A program made the position numbers and the translations under genes. The notes under the pieces are model-generated. The model did no database searches. It worked only from the letters and a program-made list of their open reading frames with translations, and had not been told where the DNA came from. From positions 86,080 to 150,079 of the IMG/VR virus record IMGVR_UViG_3300028048_000063: 64,000 nucleotides of DNA; one strand, given 5' to 3'. Positions 1-9,947 of the stretch are shown in pieces (within the stretch, counting starts at the first letter, position 1; every line of letters starts with the position of its first letter). Source of the DNA: a virus (lineage: Duplodnaviria > Caudoviricetes).

Positions 1-549
1 GTGGACTAACACTAATGTTGTACCATCAAAGTAATCATCTTCTGGATCTTTAGAAAGAACAAGTGTTTCACCATCAAAGTGTTGTGGATTATCAATAATA
101 TAAAGATAGCCTTGATATTTATTAGCAGGCTCTTCTTTTAAAGTTACAATCTTAATAATTCCACTATCGTTATCACTAACTGGTGCTACATTGAGTCCTT
201 CGACTCTTGTTTGGATTCCCGCATAAATTGCTTTATTTTGTACAGGGTTTTCTGATGTTGGACTTAATTCAGGATCGATACTATCCGTCATTTGTAACCA
301 TTGATCTGTACCCTCATATGTGGTCCATACATATTCTGCACCACTTGGTACAGTACCACTACTACCTTGGTACTTAACGGTATACATATCACCTAATTCT
401 GCGTCGTTAGGTAATTCGTTGTAGTAATCTACAACACCCTTATAAGAAACGCCCCTTGGTAACGCATCTATACGAGCATTTGCTAAATTTGCGGCAGCAA
501 GGCCGCTCCCGGCCAAACCTCTGGCAATAATATCTACTCCACTAGCCAT
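1..549 (-). CDS. Virion/tail-fibre-like protein, truncated at the window edge
   Basis: Read manually: ATG at 549 after GGAGG, open to position 1 (MASGVDIIARGLAGSG...YKGVVDYYNELPNDAELGDMYTVK); this kind of repeat is common in phage tail-fibre proteins. Confidence 0.55.
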   Translation of the reverse strand, partial: MASGVDIIARGLAGSGLAAANLANARIDALPRGVSYKGVVDYYNELPNDAELGDMYTVKYQGSSGTVPSGAEYVWTTYEGTDQWLQMTDSIDPELSPTSENPVQNKAIYAGIQTRVEGLNVAPVSDNDSGIIKIVTLKEEPANKYQGYLYIIDNPQHFDGETLVLSKDPEDDYFDGTTLVLVH

Positions 550-550
550 A

Positions 551-928
551 TTACGCCTCCGCTACACCTGTAATTACTGCCTCTCCTTCTATTGAGCTAA
601 CAACAACTCTTACTCTTGCATTTCCATTAATACCAATAGCATAAATACCATTTGAAGTGATCTCAGATAATACTTGGAATCCACTCATGTTAATAATTGC
701 TAATGGTGTCCATGAACATTCTTCGTCTGTCATTGTTTCGCCATTTGGTTTAATGATATTTACACATCCTTCTACACTAAGCGCAATGCTTGTAGCTCCG
801 CTAACTTCAAGTGTTAATGTGCTAAAACCATTATTTCGGAAAGGTTCACTTGTCCCCGCTGCTGATACTGGTGTTTTCACAGAATCAAAGAAAGGGAAAA
901 TTTGTTTGTCTGTTCTGATACTTGGCAT
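551..928 (-). CDS. Hypothetical protein, probably structural (beta-rich)
   Basis: 125 aa ORF with AGGAGG SD, on the late strand. Confidence 0.6.
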   Translation of the reverse strand: MPSIRTDKQIFPFFDSVKTPVSAAGTSEPFRNNGFSTLTLEVSGATSIALSVEGCVNIIKPNGETMTDEECSWTPLAIINMSGFQVLSEITSNGIYAIGINGNARVRVVVSSIEGEAVITGVAEA

Positions 929-1136
929 TTTTCATTCCTCCTTGTTAAAAATTAAAAAATAAACATAATAATAACAAGGAAGTTAGAACAAAACCCCAAG
1001 TTATTATTGCCAGGGGACGAAGCATGTAAAACAAACACACTCACGCCCCGTCCCGTTATTTTTGTCTAATTAAATTTTATTTTTTTGTTTACCAAATAAA
1101 AGCTTCATTTTATTCGATATCGAACAGTGTGTTCGA

Positions 1137-1712
1137 TTATTTTTTGAAATCAGAGATATTTCTTCTCTTAAATTTTTCTGATACGTAATCATATTCTACT
1201 AAGCCATTAAAGATAACTTTTCCAGGAATTTTATATTTAATAAGATAATCTTTATTATAGTCATCTATAGCTTCCTGCATAGTATTAAACCCAGGATAAA
1301 TTTTAGTATAATCATTAACATACCATTTTCCATCTAAACAGAAAATTAAAATACAATGTCCATCTGTAATTTTAGATGGTGTTACTGTTAAAAGATAACA
1401 TTCAATACCGCTGTTGTATAAACAATGATAAACTAGCGAATGAAAACCATCACAGTCATCTTTTAATGGTTGCTCTAAATAAGTCGCGTAATTTTGTGGT
1501 GGAGGCACGATTGCATCTCCTAATTGATCAATACCATCAGCTGTCCATATAAAGCTGTTATATAATCTTACAACTAAACTCTTTACTTCTTGTAATGTGC
1601 CGGCTTTATCTATTGACTGTGTACCTATATTAGATTTAATACATTTTTTAAATCTATAATTACTCCACCAACACCACCAACTAATTATTAAATTTCCAAA
1701 AAATTCTATCAT
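1137..1712 (-). CDS. Transglutaminase-like cysteine peptidase domain protein
   Basis: DDCDGF...GHCILIF...WYVND fits a Cys-His-Asp triad pattern. Confidence 0.6.
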   Translation of the reverse strand: MIEFFGNLIISWWCWWSNYRFKKCIKSNIGTQSIDKAGTLQEVKSLVVRLYNSFIWTADGIDQLGDAIVPPPQNYATYLEQPLKDDCDGFHSLVYHCLYNSGIECYLLTVTPSKITDGHCILIFCLDGKWYVNDYTKIYPGFNTMQEAIDDYNKDYLIKYKIPGKVIFNGLVEYDYVSEKFKRRNISDFKK

Positions 1713-1713
1713 A

Positions 1714-2169
1714 TTATTTCTCCTGTAATCTGTAAGTGATATCTTTTACTTCTTTGTTTGTTATTTTTAATAATCTTTGATTTGTTGTTGGTTTATTTAA
1801 TGGTCCTTTATCTTCTTGATATGATCCATATTTATAATAATCGAGATATCTTAATAAACGATCATCTATTTCGTCATCACCACTATACATAGCAACTTTA
1901 AGATCAAAAGCAGTATGAATATAATTTGTTAAATAAACAATATCATTATGGCTTGAATCCCCACCCATGAATAACACACAAGTAATGTCTGGGTGTTTTT
2001 TTATTAAATTCCACATTTCTTCAAACGTCAATTCTGTACCAATATCTTCTCTTAAATATGCAGAGTGACAATTTTCGCATCTATGTGGACAATTAGTTAT
2101 ATTGATAGCTAAAGAGATCTCATCTGGGATCTCTTGAAAAACTATCGCTGTATCATAATATTTAAGCAT
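1714..2169 (-). CDS. nrdG: Anaerobic ribonucleotide reductase activase (radical SAM)
   Basis: CPHRCENCHS (CxxxCxxC), MGGD, TTNQR; adjacent to nrdD. Confidence 0.93.
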   Translation of the reverse strand: MLKYYDTAIVFQEIPDEISLAINITNCPHRCENCHSAYLREDIGTELTFEEMWNLIKKHPDITCVLFMGGDSSHNDIVYLTNYIHTAFDLKVAMYSGDDEIDDRLLRYLDYYKYGSYQEDKGPLNKPTTNQRLLKITNKEVKDITYRLQEK

Positions 2170-4084
2170 CGCAATTTTCTCCTGTAGCGTAATACCTTTT
2201 GCTTGCCTCTATTTGTCTAACCTCACTGAAGTTAGAAATTCTCTTTAAATAACCAATAATCCTTGTTGCGTAATCTAAATTTTTAGAGCCACAAACTGGG
2301 CACTCCTTCAACATACGCTTATCAATATGACCACAATCATTACAAATTGTATTAGGAATATTAAAGGTAAAATATGAACATCCAGATTTAATAGCAATAT
2401 CCATGAGCTTTCTATATTGCTCTTTTGATAAATGTTCAGAAAGGTTACAATGGTAAGCTGATCCACCGTCTAAATTTCCTATGAAATCTTTACCTTGCAA
2501 ATACATTTTTGTAATAGGATCGTATGTCTCGTCTTCAACTGGATAAAAATAAGAATTATACAAGTTTCTACCTTCTGGTACCCAATATCCTGCTTTTTTA
2601 TCCCAATTGTATAACTTTGCACCTGCATTTTCACCTGGAACCTGCTCCGTATTCAGACGAATGTGTTCAGTACGATGTTCGGCATTTCTTTCTTTAATTG
2701 TATTCAAAATGTCTTTTGTATATTGTTTATATCCTTCATTATCTGGTTTAATTTCTATACCCTTATATTCTTTTGGTATATACTCGTCGACAGTTTTTAA
2801 GAATTCGGCGCCCTCGACCAGACCTGAGAACCCACATGTTAAATACTGTTTGTCTAAATCAATAAATCCAGCTGTATATACTGTTAATAATCCAGCATTA
2901 TACATATCCCAAAGATGGTCATTCCATGCTTCGAGGTATTTATGTACTCGATCTACAATTATAGTGATATATTCAGAAAGAGACTTTCTATTCCTCTTAT
3001 ACTTCACATTAACCTCCTCATTGAACCAATTTTGAACAATTCTGTTAATGTTAAGTGTAATAACTTTTTTGGATCCAGTCTCTACTCCACCAGCACCTAA
3101 CGTGTATGAGAAAACGTTTTCTTCAATAGCATTTTTTAATCTGCAACAACTTGAAAGAGCGTCTGCAGAATCGCTGTTATATAAGAAGAAGCTGTGTCCC
3201 TCACTCCACATCTCAGCAGTGAAATCAGCCATTTCTTCATCGACATATTTATGAGTATCTTTATCCCACAATAAATTCATTGTTTCAACTGGGAAAGTAA
3301 TAACTTCTTTAGTTCTTTCTTTATTGAACCATTTCATAAACATCTTTTGAAGTTCTTTTGTTGTTTCCCAACAAGGCTCATCTCCATCTGGGAATATAAA
3401 ATCCTTAAAGATAGAATTAAAATATCCTTTATCAAAATATGCAATGTTTGTAAAAGGAGATTGATATCCTCTAGCTGCTGCTGGTTGGTTTACACAATAT
3501 ACAAATTCTTGAAACAAATCTTCTACGATATGTCTAACTGTAACTTGATTATTACCAATATTCCAAACTGGCTCATCTAAATGATCCATATAATCTGCGC
3601 CATAGTCATTTCTAAGGAAATGATCTAAATATGGTAAAAACTCAGGAACAGCGACTGCACCTGCAAATTGACCTGCGATCAAGAAAATTAAATTACATAA
3701 TCCTCCAATAAAGCTGCTTGCGTGCTTTGGTGGTCCTGACGTTCCACCTAATCTCTTTAATCCATCAAGTAAGAATGGATATAGAGATATAGCTACACAG
3801 TAAGGCATTATACTGGTTTCGTCATGACTATAAATGATATGATTTTTAAGATCGTCATCGAATTGATCACACAATTCTTGACCATATTTTTCTAATAAAT
3901 ATTTTTTTGTAATAGCCCTATTTATATCAATAAAATCAGGCTTTGATAATTCAGTAGACATTGTTGCTATATTTTTACTTACAACATTAGCATTAGCATC
4001 TACTTGACTACCTGTTGCTGCATTGCTTGCCTTTTTATAGTTATCTATAAACTTTAACTTTTTTTCTAATACTCTAGAATCCAT
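2162..4084 (-). CDS. nrdD: Class III anaerobic ribonucleoside-triphosphate reductase, no evident ATP cone
   Basis: PYCVA, SSCCRL finger loop, C-terminal CNDC/CPVC zinc site and RIIGYL glycyl-radical motif. Confidence 0.95.
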   Translation of the reverse strand: MDSRVLEKKLKFIDNYKKASNAATGSQVDANANVVSKNIATMSTELSKPDFIDINRAITKKYLLEKYGQELCDQFDDDLKNHIIYSHDETSIMPYCVAISLYPFLLDGLKRLGGTSGPPKHASSFIGGLCNLIFLIAGQFAGAVAVPEFLPYLDHFLRNDYGADYMDHLDEPVWNIGNNQVTVRHIVEDLFQEFVYCVNQPAAARGYQSPFTNIAYFDKGYFNSIFKDFIFPDGDEPCWETTKELQKMFMKWFNKERTKEVITFPVETMNLLWDKDTHKYVDEEMADFTAEMWSEGHSFFLYNSDSADALSSCCRLKNAIEENVFSYTLGAGGVETGSKKVITLNINRIVQNWFNEEVNVKYKRNRKSLSEYITIIVDRVHKYLEAWNDHLWDMYNAGLLTVYTAGFIDLDKQYLTCGFSGLVEGAEFLKTVDEYIPKEYKGIEIKPDNEGYKQYTKDILNTIKERNAEHRTEHIRLNTEQVPGENAGAKLYNWDKKAGYWVPEGRNLYNSYFYPVEDETYDPITKMYLQGKDFIGNLDGGSAYHCNLSEHLSKEQYRKLMDIAIKSGCSYFTFNIPNTICNDCGHIDKRMLKECPVCGSKNLDYATRIIGYLKRISNFSEVRQIEASKRYYATGENCDA

Positions 4085-4086
4085 AA

Positions 4087-4320
4087 TTACTCTCCTTGCT
4101 TAATAGGTGGTTTGAATTGATTGATCCAATCCATCATAGGCTTACCTTGTAATATTTGTCCATCAACCTCGATAGCAGGTGTATGAGAAATTCCTTTCTC
4201 CTTCATCTCTTCAACACTTAAGCAAGAATTGTATTCTACTTTATATTTGTCAAGCAACATTCCAACCATTCTACATTGAGGACATGTTGCTGTATGATAA
4301 AATGTAATCTTATCTTCCAT
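4087..4320 (-). CDS. Glutaredoxin/NrdH-like redoxin
   Basis: 77 aa, TCPQC CxxC, HTPAIEVDG. Confidence 0.85.
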   Translation of the reverse strand: MEDKITFYHTATCPQCRMVGMLLDKYKVEYNSCLSVEEMKEKGISHTPAIEVDGQILQGKPMMDWINQFKPPIKQGE

Positions 4321-4336
4321 AATCTATATCTCCTTA

Positions 4337-5056
4337 TTATTTCTCTAATACTAATACATTACAGAACCCAGATTTATAGACACAACCATCTAAGCCAACA
4401 ATTTTTTCTCCTATATATGTAGAATTATCGTTATTATCCGCAGGGGCGCCATCTAAGGCCGTGCGAAAGTCAGATGTCTTCCAATGACCACAGACAATTA
4501 TCTTGTCTTCTGGTACTGTGCAGACCTGGATCATCTTCCATGGACATGCTAAAGTAGCACTCATCCATGCATAAAAAGACGCATCTCTCCAATTTTCGCG
4601 GCAATAAAACCCCTCATATGGAATCCAAGAATGAACAAATAATAAGTTGTCGCATTCCCAATAATTAACCCACTCGTCACTAAATATCCATTGCACTACT
4701 CCTGTATTAATAAAAGGTTGTACTAATGAATTAAACTTTAGTCCTGGATAAAAATTTTTTACAAATTGTTCTATAGTATTCGCTGTGCCGTTATTTATAT
4801 CGGCAGATAATAAATATCCTCTTTCTGTAATTGCTTTTAAAAAGAACTCGTGATTACCACGAATTAATACACGTCTATTTTTAGGTATAGAACGTAGAAA
4901 CCTATATACTTTTACACACTCAGATCCACGGTCAAATATATCGCCAAGAACAACTAAAATACTATTCTCGTCTGTCTTACGATACCCTGCTTTACGCAGG
5001 GCAGAGCGCATTTCTTTATAATGACCATGAATGTCAGAAATTATAAAATATCTCAT
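4337..5056 (-). CDS. Calcineurin-like metallophosphoesterase (phage Ser/Thr phosphatase type)
   Basis: SDIHG, GDIFDRG, RGNHE, VHS, CGHW motifs. Confidence 0.9.
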   Translation of the reverse strand: MRYFIISDIHGHYKEMRSALRKAGYRKTDENSILVVLGDIFDRGSECVKVYRFLRSIPKNRRVLIRGNHEFFLKAITERGYLLSADINNGTANTIEQFVKNFYPGLKFNSLVQPFINTGVVQWIFSDEWVNYWECDNLLFVHSWIPYEGFYCRENWRDASFYAWMSATLACPWKMIQVCTVPEDKIIVCGHWKTSDFRTALDGAPADNNDNSTYIGEKIVGLDGCVYKSGFCNVLVLEK

Positions 5057-5820
5057 TGTTCTTCATCGTCTGGTTTAATATCTGTGATATGATTTAATTT
5101 TTTATCAAGATCTTCACCTATCTTACTATATTTAGCTTCGTCTTGTGCCAATCCTTCTTCGACTTCTTTTGCGGCTAATTCACCTAAAGTTTGTTGAAGT
5201 TCATCACCGCCATTGTTCATAACATCAACCGCAAGTAGCCCTTTGATCATATCTGGAGTAAATTGATTTTTAACATCTTTAAGTGTTTCGATCCACTTAT
5301 TATACTCTGCATCATTAAGAATAGATGCTGTTTGAATTAAACGATATGCATTAGAAACATTGATCATATTGTCAATATAAGAGCAGAAACGTTGATAGTC
5401 TTTTGAACAGACATTTAAAATGGTGTCTGCAAGTCCGTATATGTAACAATAGTCATAAGCAACAAAAGTTTGATCTAAAATACCTATATCATTATCAATA
5501 TTGATAACATATGATAATAATCCTTTGAACATCTTATCAATTTCTAACACACTTGCTGCACCACTTGAGTCTAATTCGTCAATTAAATCTTTAGCTATAG
5601 TAATTGCAATAGTTGTCTTTTCTTGTAATGGTAAAAAATCTCGAATTTGCAATTGACTTAAAAATGCTTTAATAGCTAAATCATTTTCTTCTGTCGGATC
5701 ATCTTCAAAAGTAAGACATAAAGTAAGATATTGATTTAAAGATAAAAGATCTTCCTCCTGTTCGCTTTTTTCTGTTACTTCAATATTTTGTTCTTCTGTA
5801 TTTTTAATTTCTTCTTCCAT
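5053..5820 (-). CDS. Hypothetical acidic protein
   Basis: 255 aa ORF translationally coupled to its neighbours. Confidence 0.7.
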   Translation of the reverse strand: MEEEIKNTEEQNIEVTEKSEQEEDLLSLNQYLTLCLTFEDDPTEENDLAIKAFLSQLQIRDFLPLQEKTTIAITIAKDLIDELDSSGAASVLEIDKMFKGLLSYVINIDNDIGILDQTFVAYDYCYIYGLADTILNVCSKDYQRFCSYIDNMINVSNAYRLIQTASILNDAEYNKWIETLKDVKNQFTPDMIKGLLAVDVMNNGGDELQQTLGELAAKEVEEGLAQDEAKYSKIGEDLDKKLNHITDIKPDDEEQ

Positions 5821-5822
5821 TT

Positions 5823-6833
5823 TTATTCTCCTTTTACCTCAGTATTTTTTATAAAATTTGTAAAAAATTCACCCAAAATTTCTTCTGCTGGAATATCTGA
5901 ATAAATCTTGATCATGTCAGAATTCGCCCATCCGAATATTTGAGTAATAACATCGTCTGGTAATTTCATACGTTTTAAATACGTACAGAAAAAATGACGA
6001 CTAGAGTGAGCATAGTAATCAATGCCAAATATTTTTGAAATTTTAGCTGCAAAACTATTTGCTGTTGATACTGTAGCTGGGACGTATTCACCATCTTTTT
6101 TTGTTACAAACAATGAATCCATCACTATTCCTTTTTCTTCTCTTTCTTTTAACCAAAGGTTTAAGAAAGGCTGAAACAATTCTTTGATTACATATTTCTT
6201 AATAATCTTCCCTCGTTTCCCTTGTCCTTTTGATCTTATTTCTGGGGTACAATACATATACCCATCAAATACTTCTCTTTCTGGAGTAAAGAAATTTACC
6301 TTCATTTGCAACAACTCAGCTTTTCTACTACCAGAAGCGCATGCTAAAGCCAAATAACATGCAATTTGATATTCTTTTTCTTCAACAAGTTTTTCCAAAA
6401 TTTCTGTCATTTGTTGGTTAGAAATTACAGTCTTTTCTCTAACTGTTGCAATCTTTACAGGCTCAAGCGCACGTAATTGATTATGAAACTGTGGATATAC
6501 ATCTTCATATAATAACTCTATCTCCGAAGATAAACTACTTAGCACAGATTTCAACGAAGCAATACGATTGGCACTCATACCTAAATCTCTACACCAACCA
6601 AAATAATAAACAAAGTCACGACGTTTTAGATCAACAAAAAACTTGTCGTCATTTTCATCGTAATTCCAACAAAAAAATACTTTTAACCATTCTTCATATT
6701 GATGAATTGTTTGAGGACTCTTATCGTTAGATTTACAGTATTTTATAAAATCATTGACTAATTGCTTATTTTCTTTAGAAACTTCATCCCAACTTGATGT
6801 AATATTATCGTTATATACTGTCGATCTTCCCAT
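5823..6833 (-). CDS. Tyrosine recombinase/integrase family protein
   Basis: N-terminal SAM-like core-binding region; catalytic GSRKAEL, SKG, AHSSRH, GW, and Y in MIKIY. Confidence 0.88.
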   Translation of the reverse strand: MGRSTVYNDNITSSWDEVSKENKQLVNDFIKYCKSNDKSPQTIHQYEEWLKVFFCWNYDENDDKFFVDLKRRDFVYYFGWCRDLGMSANRIASLKSVLSSLSSEIELLYEDVYPQFHNQLRALEPVKIATVREKTVISNQQMTEILEKLVEEKEYQIACYLALACASGSRKAELLQMKVNFFTPEREVFDGYMYCTPEIRSKGQGKRGKIIKKYVIKELFQPFLNLWLKEREEKGIVMDSLFVTKKDGEYVPATVSTANSFAAKISKIFGIDYYAHSSRHFFCTYLKRMKLPDDVITQIFGWANSDMIKIYSDIPAEEILGEFFTNFIKNTEVKGE

Positions 6834-6854
6834 TACATCCTCCTATAATCCTTT

Positions 6855-7526
6855 TTAAGCCCTTGTAAGCCCCTGTAAACGCTTTATCTCCTCTAAACAA
6901 GCATCTATACTATGTTGAGCCTTAAGTTCTTTACAGTGCTTTTTAACGGCTTTTATTTCTTCTGTTAAATCTTTGTTCCATTTTATATCTATGAATGTTT
7001 TTGCTAACATAATAGCGTCAGATTCATCAAAAGATATATCTGTAAATCCATAGGTATTTTTTATATATGTCTGTATATCTTGCTTTTCAACTTTATGTTT
7101 ATTATCCCAATTCATTAAATGTCTGAGATAAGCATGAGTTGAAATAGGATATACACCAACATAATCATAAACAGCTATGTTGTGTGAATAAGTATAATAG
7201 TCCAACATAGCATGACTTTTTGCTAATGCAATAAAAGTCTGTACAGTTGAGGATCCACCACGTAATTGCACTGGCATAGCCTCTTTATATACTAAAATAT
7301 CATTAAGATTAATTCCTAGTGATGATAATGAGTTAAAGAACGTATCTAACTCTGCGTATAAAGCAGCTACTCCAAGTTCATGATCCTTGTTAACTTTTAA
7401 GACTTTTGTTTGTATAGGAATATTTTTACTTAAATCCCAAATACATACACCAGTTATACGACTAGCTAAGTCAAACATTATAAGATATTTATAATTATCA
7501 AGATTTTTATGAAACTTAATTTCCAT
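6855..7526 (-). CDS. RuvC-like Holliday junction resolvase
   Basis: MFDLASRITGVC, KE and DESDAI acidic motifs of the RNase H fold. Confidence 0.7.
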   Translation of the reverse strand: MEIKFHKNLDNYKYLIMFDLASRITGVCIWDLSKNIPIQTKVLKVNKDHELGVAALYAELDTFFNSLSSLGINLNDILVYKEAMPVQLRGGSSTVQTFIALAKSHAMLDYYTYSHNIAVYDYVGVYPISTHAYLRHLMNWDNKHKVEKQDIQTYIKNTYGFTDISFDESDAIMLAKTFIDIKWNKDLTEEIKAVKKHCKELKAQHSIDACLEEIKRLQGLTRA

Positions 7527-7527
7527 C

Positions 7528-7827
7528 TTAATCCTGTGTTGCGATTGCTACTTCTTCAGCTCCTGGGGCAACTTTGCAACAAATAAATGAATTAGCTAAA
7601 TTATTTTGAATTTTATAAACATAACAATATTCACCTGGTGTAAAATTAAATTTTGTCATGTTTGGTACATTATAAATGACTGAAGTTTTGTCTGGAATGA
7701 CATACACATTATAGTGGTTTGCATCAACTTGAGATGTCACTTCACACAATATTGTACAGTCTAATTTATTAAGTTCTTGTTGGATGATGTCACGAATGAC
7801 ATCGACCATCTTATCAGCTGCACTCAT
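7528..7827 (-). CDS. Hypothetical protein (small, beta-rich)
   Basis: 99 aa ORF with AGGAGG SD. Confidence 0.65.
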   Translation of the reverse strand: MSAADKMVDVIRDIIQQELNKLDCTILCEVTSQVDANHYNVYVIPDKTSVIYNVPNMTKFNFTPGEYCYVYKIQNNLANSFICCKVAPGAEEVAIATQD

Positions 7828-7853
7828 GATATCCTCCTTGTAGTAATGATAAA

Positions 7854-7887
7854 AAACCCTTCACCATTGCTAGTGAAGGGCAAAAAA
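7854..7887. terminator. Intrinsic terminator-like hairpin, possibly bidirectional
   Basis: CCCTTCAC-loop-GTGAAGGG flanked by A tracts (U tract on the minus strand). Confidence 0.65.
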
Positions 7888-8124
7888 TTACTTTTCCTCT
7901 TCTACTTCTTGTTCTACAACTTCTTCTGCAGCTTCTTCTGCGATTGGTTCTACAACTAAGTATTGTCTGTTTTGAGGCTTTTTACCTTTCTTTTTTGTTT
8001 TTGCCTCTTCTTCAGCAGCCTTTTTTGCTGCTTCTTCTGCTGCTGCACGAGCTGCTGCTTCTGCTGCTCTTCTTTTTCTTGTTGCTGCATTCTTTTTCAA
8101 TAATTCTGCTTTTGTAATTGTCAT
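7888..8124 (-). CDS. Hypothetical Ala/Glu/Lys-rich protein
   Basis: 78 aa ORF with AGGAGG SD. Confidence 0.65.
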   Translation of the reverse strand: MTITKAELLKKNAATRKRRAAEAAARAAAEEAAKKAAEEEAKTKKKGKKPQNRQYLVVEPIAEEAAEEVVEQEVEEEK

Positions 8125-8145
8125 GTTAACTATCCTCCTAACTAA

Positions 8146-8529
8146 TTACTTATTGTTTTTGAGTGTATATAATACTGACTCGATTTTCTCTCCTAACCAT
8201 TTCTCTATATCACCAAAATTAGATTCTATATATGATTTAAGTTCATCGGTTAGTTGTCCTTTAATTATTGCTAAAGCTTTATCTTTTGCTTTTGCTTGTG
8301 CCTCTGCATCGAACTTTCCGTCCTTCTTTAAAGCTTCTACAAATTCTTGGTACACTGTTTTTACTGCATCTGTAACTATTGTTGTAACTTTTGTTAAGAA
8401 CATAGCTAAATTTTTATCTTTAATTTTAGTATTCAACCAGTTGGTTAATACTACTACACCCCAACTAACTAAACCTGTTACAACAATTCCAAGAGCAGAT
8501 AATAAAATATTTAAAACTTCTTGTGGCAT
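8146..8529 (-). CDS. Holin (LL-H-like)
   Basis: N-terminal transmembrane helix followed by an amphipathic region ending KIESVLY. Confidence 0.7.
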   Translation of the reverse strand: MPQEVLNILLSALGIVVTGLVSWGVVVLTNWLNTKIKDKNLAMFLTKVTTIVTDAVKTVYQEFVEALKKDGKFDAEAQAKAKDKALAIIKGQLTDELKSYIESNFGDIEKWLGEKIESVLYTLKNNK

Positions 8530-8587
8530 AATGTTTCTCCTTTTAAAAAATTAATCTACCCCAGTCATTGGGGTGAACATAATACTT

Positions 8588-8659
8588 AGAGTATTATTAT
8601 AAAATGACCAATAAAACAGTAATTTTATAATAATACTCGGCGAGCCGAAGCTCGCTTCG
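8588..8659. repeat. 17-bp inverted repeat plus UUCG hairpin (terminator/regulatory)
   Basis: GAGTATTATTATAAAAT...ATTTTATAATAATACTC, and minus-strand GCGAGC-TTCG-GCTCGC. Confidence 0.6.
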
Positions 8660-8672
8660 TATTATTTTTGTG

Positions 8673-8816
8673 TTATTTTTTACTAGCAGTACAATTTTCT
8701 GTTTTATCGATCGTATATTGATGCGATTGTGTACAGTATTGTTGATACATACACTTCTTCTTGGTTAACTTACACGTATAACCAGTCTTTTTGCTGCCAG
8801 TTAAATATTTACACAT
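8673..8816 (-). CDS. Small Cys-rich protein (47 aa, below the ORF-track cutoff)
   Basis: MCKYLTGSKKTGYTCKLTKKKCMYQQYCTQSHQYTIDKTENCTASKK, AGGGG SD just after the tail gene stop. Confidence 0.65.
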   Translation of the reverse strand: MCKYLTGSKKTGYTCKLTKKKCMYQQYCTQSHQYTIDKTENCTASKK

Positions 8817-8828
8817 ATTGATCCCCTA

Positions 8829-9911
8829 TTATGCTGCTACGATCTTAACTGTATCTGTGAGATCTTCATATGCAACTGTAATATCATAACCAACAGCTGC
8901 TGCTTTAAACTTACCCTCTGAATCTAATGCGTCTTCTGTATCATTATAGGTAAATGTTACATCTGCATTATCAAGTTTAACAAGTTTTCCACTTTCTCTT
9001 TCAGCATAAACAATTGGTGTTGAACCAGCTACTAAACAGTCTTCATCAATAATAAGTGCTTTATAATCTGAAACTTCACGATCATAAATAACTTCAATGA
9101 TTCTTAAGAGTTTTCCACCAACAGAGTCACATTCTAATGATTCAGATGCAAGTGCGATACCTGCGAGTGACATTGTTTGGTTGGAGCTCATGTTCATTGA
9201 GAATTCTTGTGCACCATTAAGTTGGAAACGTGGTACTTCGAAAGTGATTGTGCCTGCTTCTTTACCTTGAGAAGCTGCACATGAGTCTCCTGCAAAAATA
9301 GGAGCTGTGATGATTAAGTATAACTCTTGTGGAACGATAAGAGTTTGAATTTCAGCTGAAACTGCCTTGCTGTCTTCTGCTAAATAACGAACACAGTAAT
9401 TTGCATTTTGTTCTAATCCTGCTGCTGAAGCTTCTTCTGCTGTGAAAGAACCTACATACTTGTCACCAGATTTTGTACAGCTTGCGAGATTGATTGAATG
9501 CCAATCATCTGTTCCTTCTTTTGCGAACCAAATTGTAATTGGGTCGCTGTCAAGACATGCAACTGGTAATGCAAGAGCTTGTCTTGCAAGACTGAAAGTA
9601 TTGTCTCCTTCGTATGTACATTTATCTGTGAAATATGCCTTTTGGTCATCGTCACTCATGTAAACACCAAGTTGTGCTTCGAGGTATTCGTGTTTCCATT
9701 GAATATCTGTTAAGTTGATTTCAACGTTTGTGTCATGATAGAAAGAGAATTGGATAGGTGCTCCTGTACCACCACGAATATCGTCTTTTGTTGTACTAAT
9801 ATTTAATCCAGAGTCTGTTAATGTTTTTGAGACAAAAGCTAATTCAAATTTACCGTCAACAATACGGAAAGCTTCTGCCTTACCAACTGAACCTAAAAAA
9901 TATTTTGCCAT
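8829..9911 (-). CDS. Probable major tail (tube) protein
   Basis: Position after the connector genes; SKTLTDSGLNISTTKDDIRGG start; biased, highly-expressed-type codon use; Ig-like C-terminus. Confidence 0.65.
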   Translation of the reverse strand: MAKYFLGSVGKAEAFRIVDGKFELAFVSKTLTDSGLNISTTKDDIRGGTGAPIQFSFYHDTNVEINLTDIQWKHEYLEAQLGVYMSDDDQKAYFTDKCTYEGDNTFSLARQALALPVACLDSDPITIWFAKEGTDDWHSINLASCTKSGDKYVGSFTAEEASAAGLEQNANYCVRYLAEDSKAVSAEIQTLIVPQELYLIITAPIFAGDSCAASQGKEAGTITFEVPRFQLNGAQEFSMNMSSNQTMSLAGIALASESLECDSVGGKLLRIIEVIYDREVSDYKALIIDEDCLVAGSTPIVYAERESGKLVKLDNADVTFTYNDTEDALDSEGKFKAAAVGYDITVAYEDLTDTVKIVAA

Positions 9912-9947
9912 AGTTTTCTCCTTTAAAAATTTTTTAATTTTAATATA

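Noticed and set aside
981-1056. Possible paired segments between 551..928 and 1137..1712
   Set aside because: Stems are short and imperfect; not enough support for an RNA call
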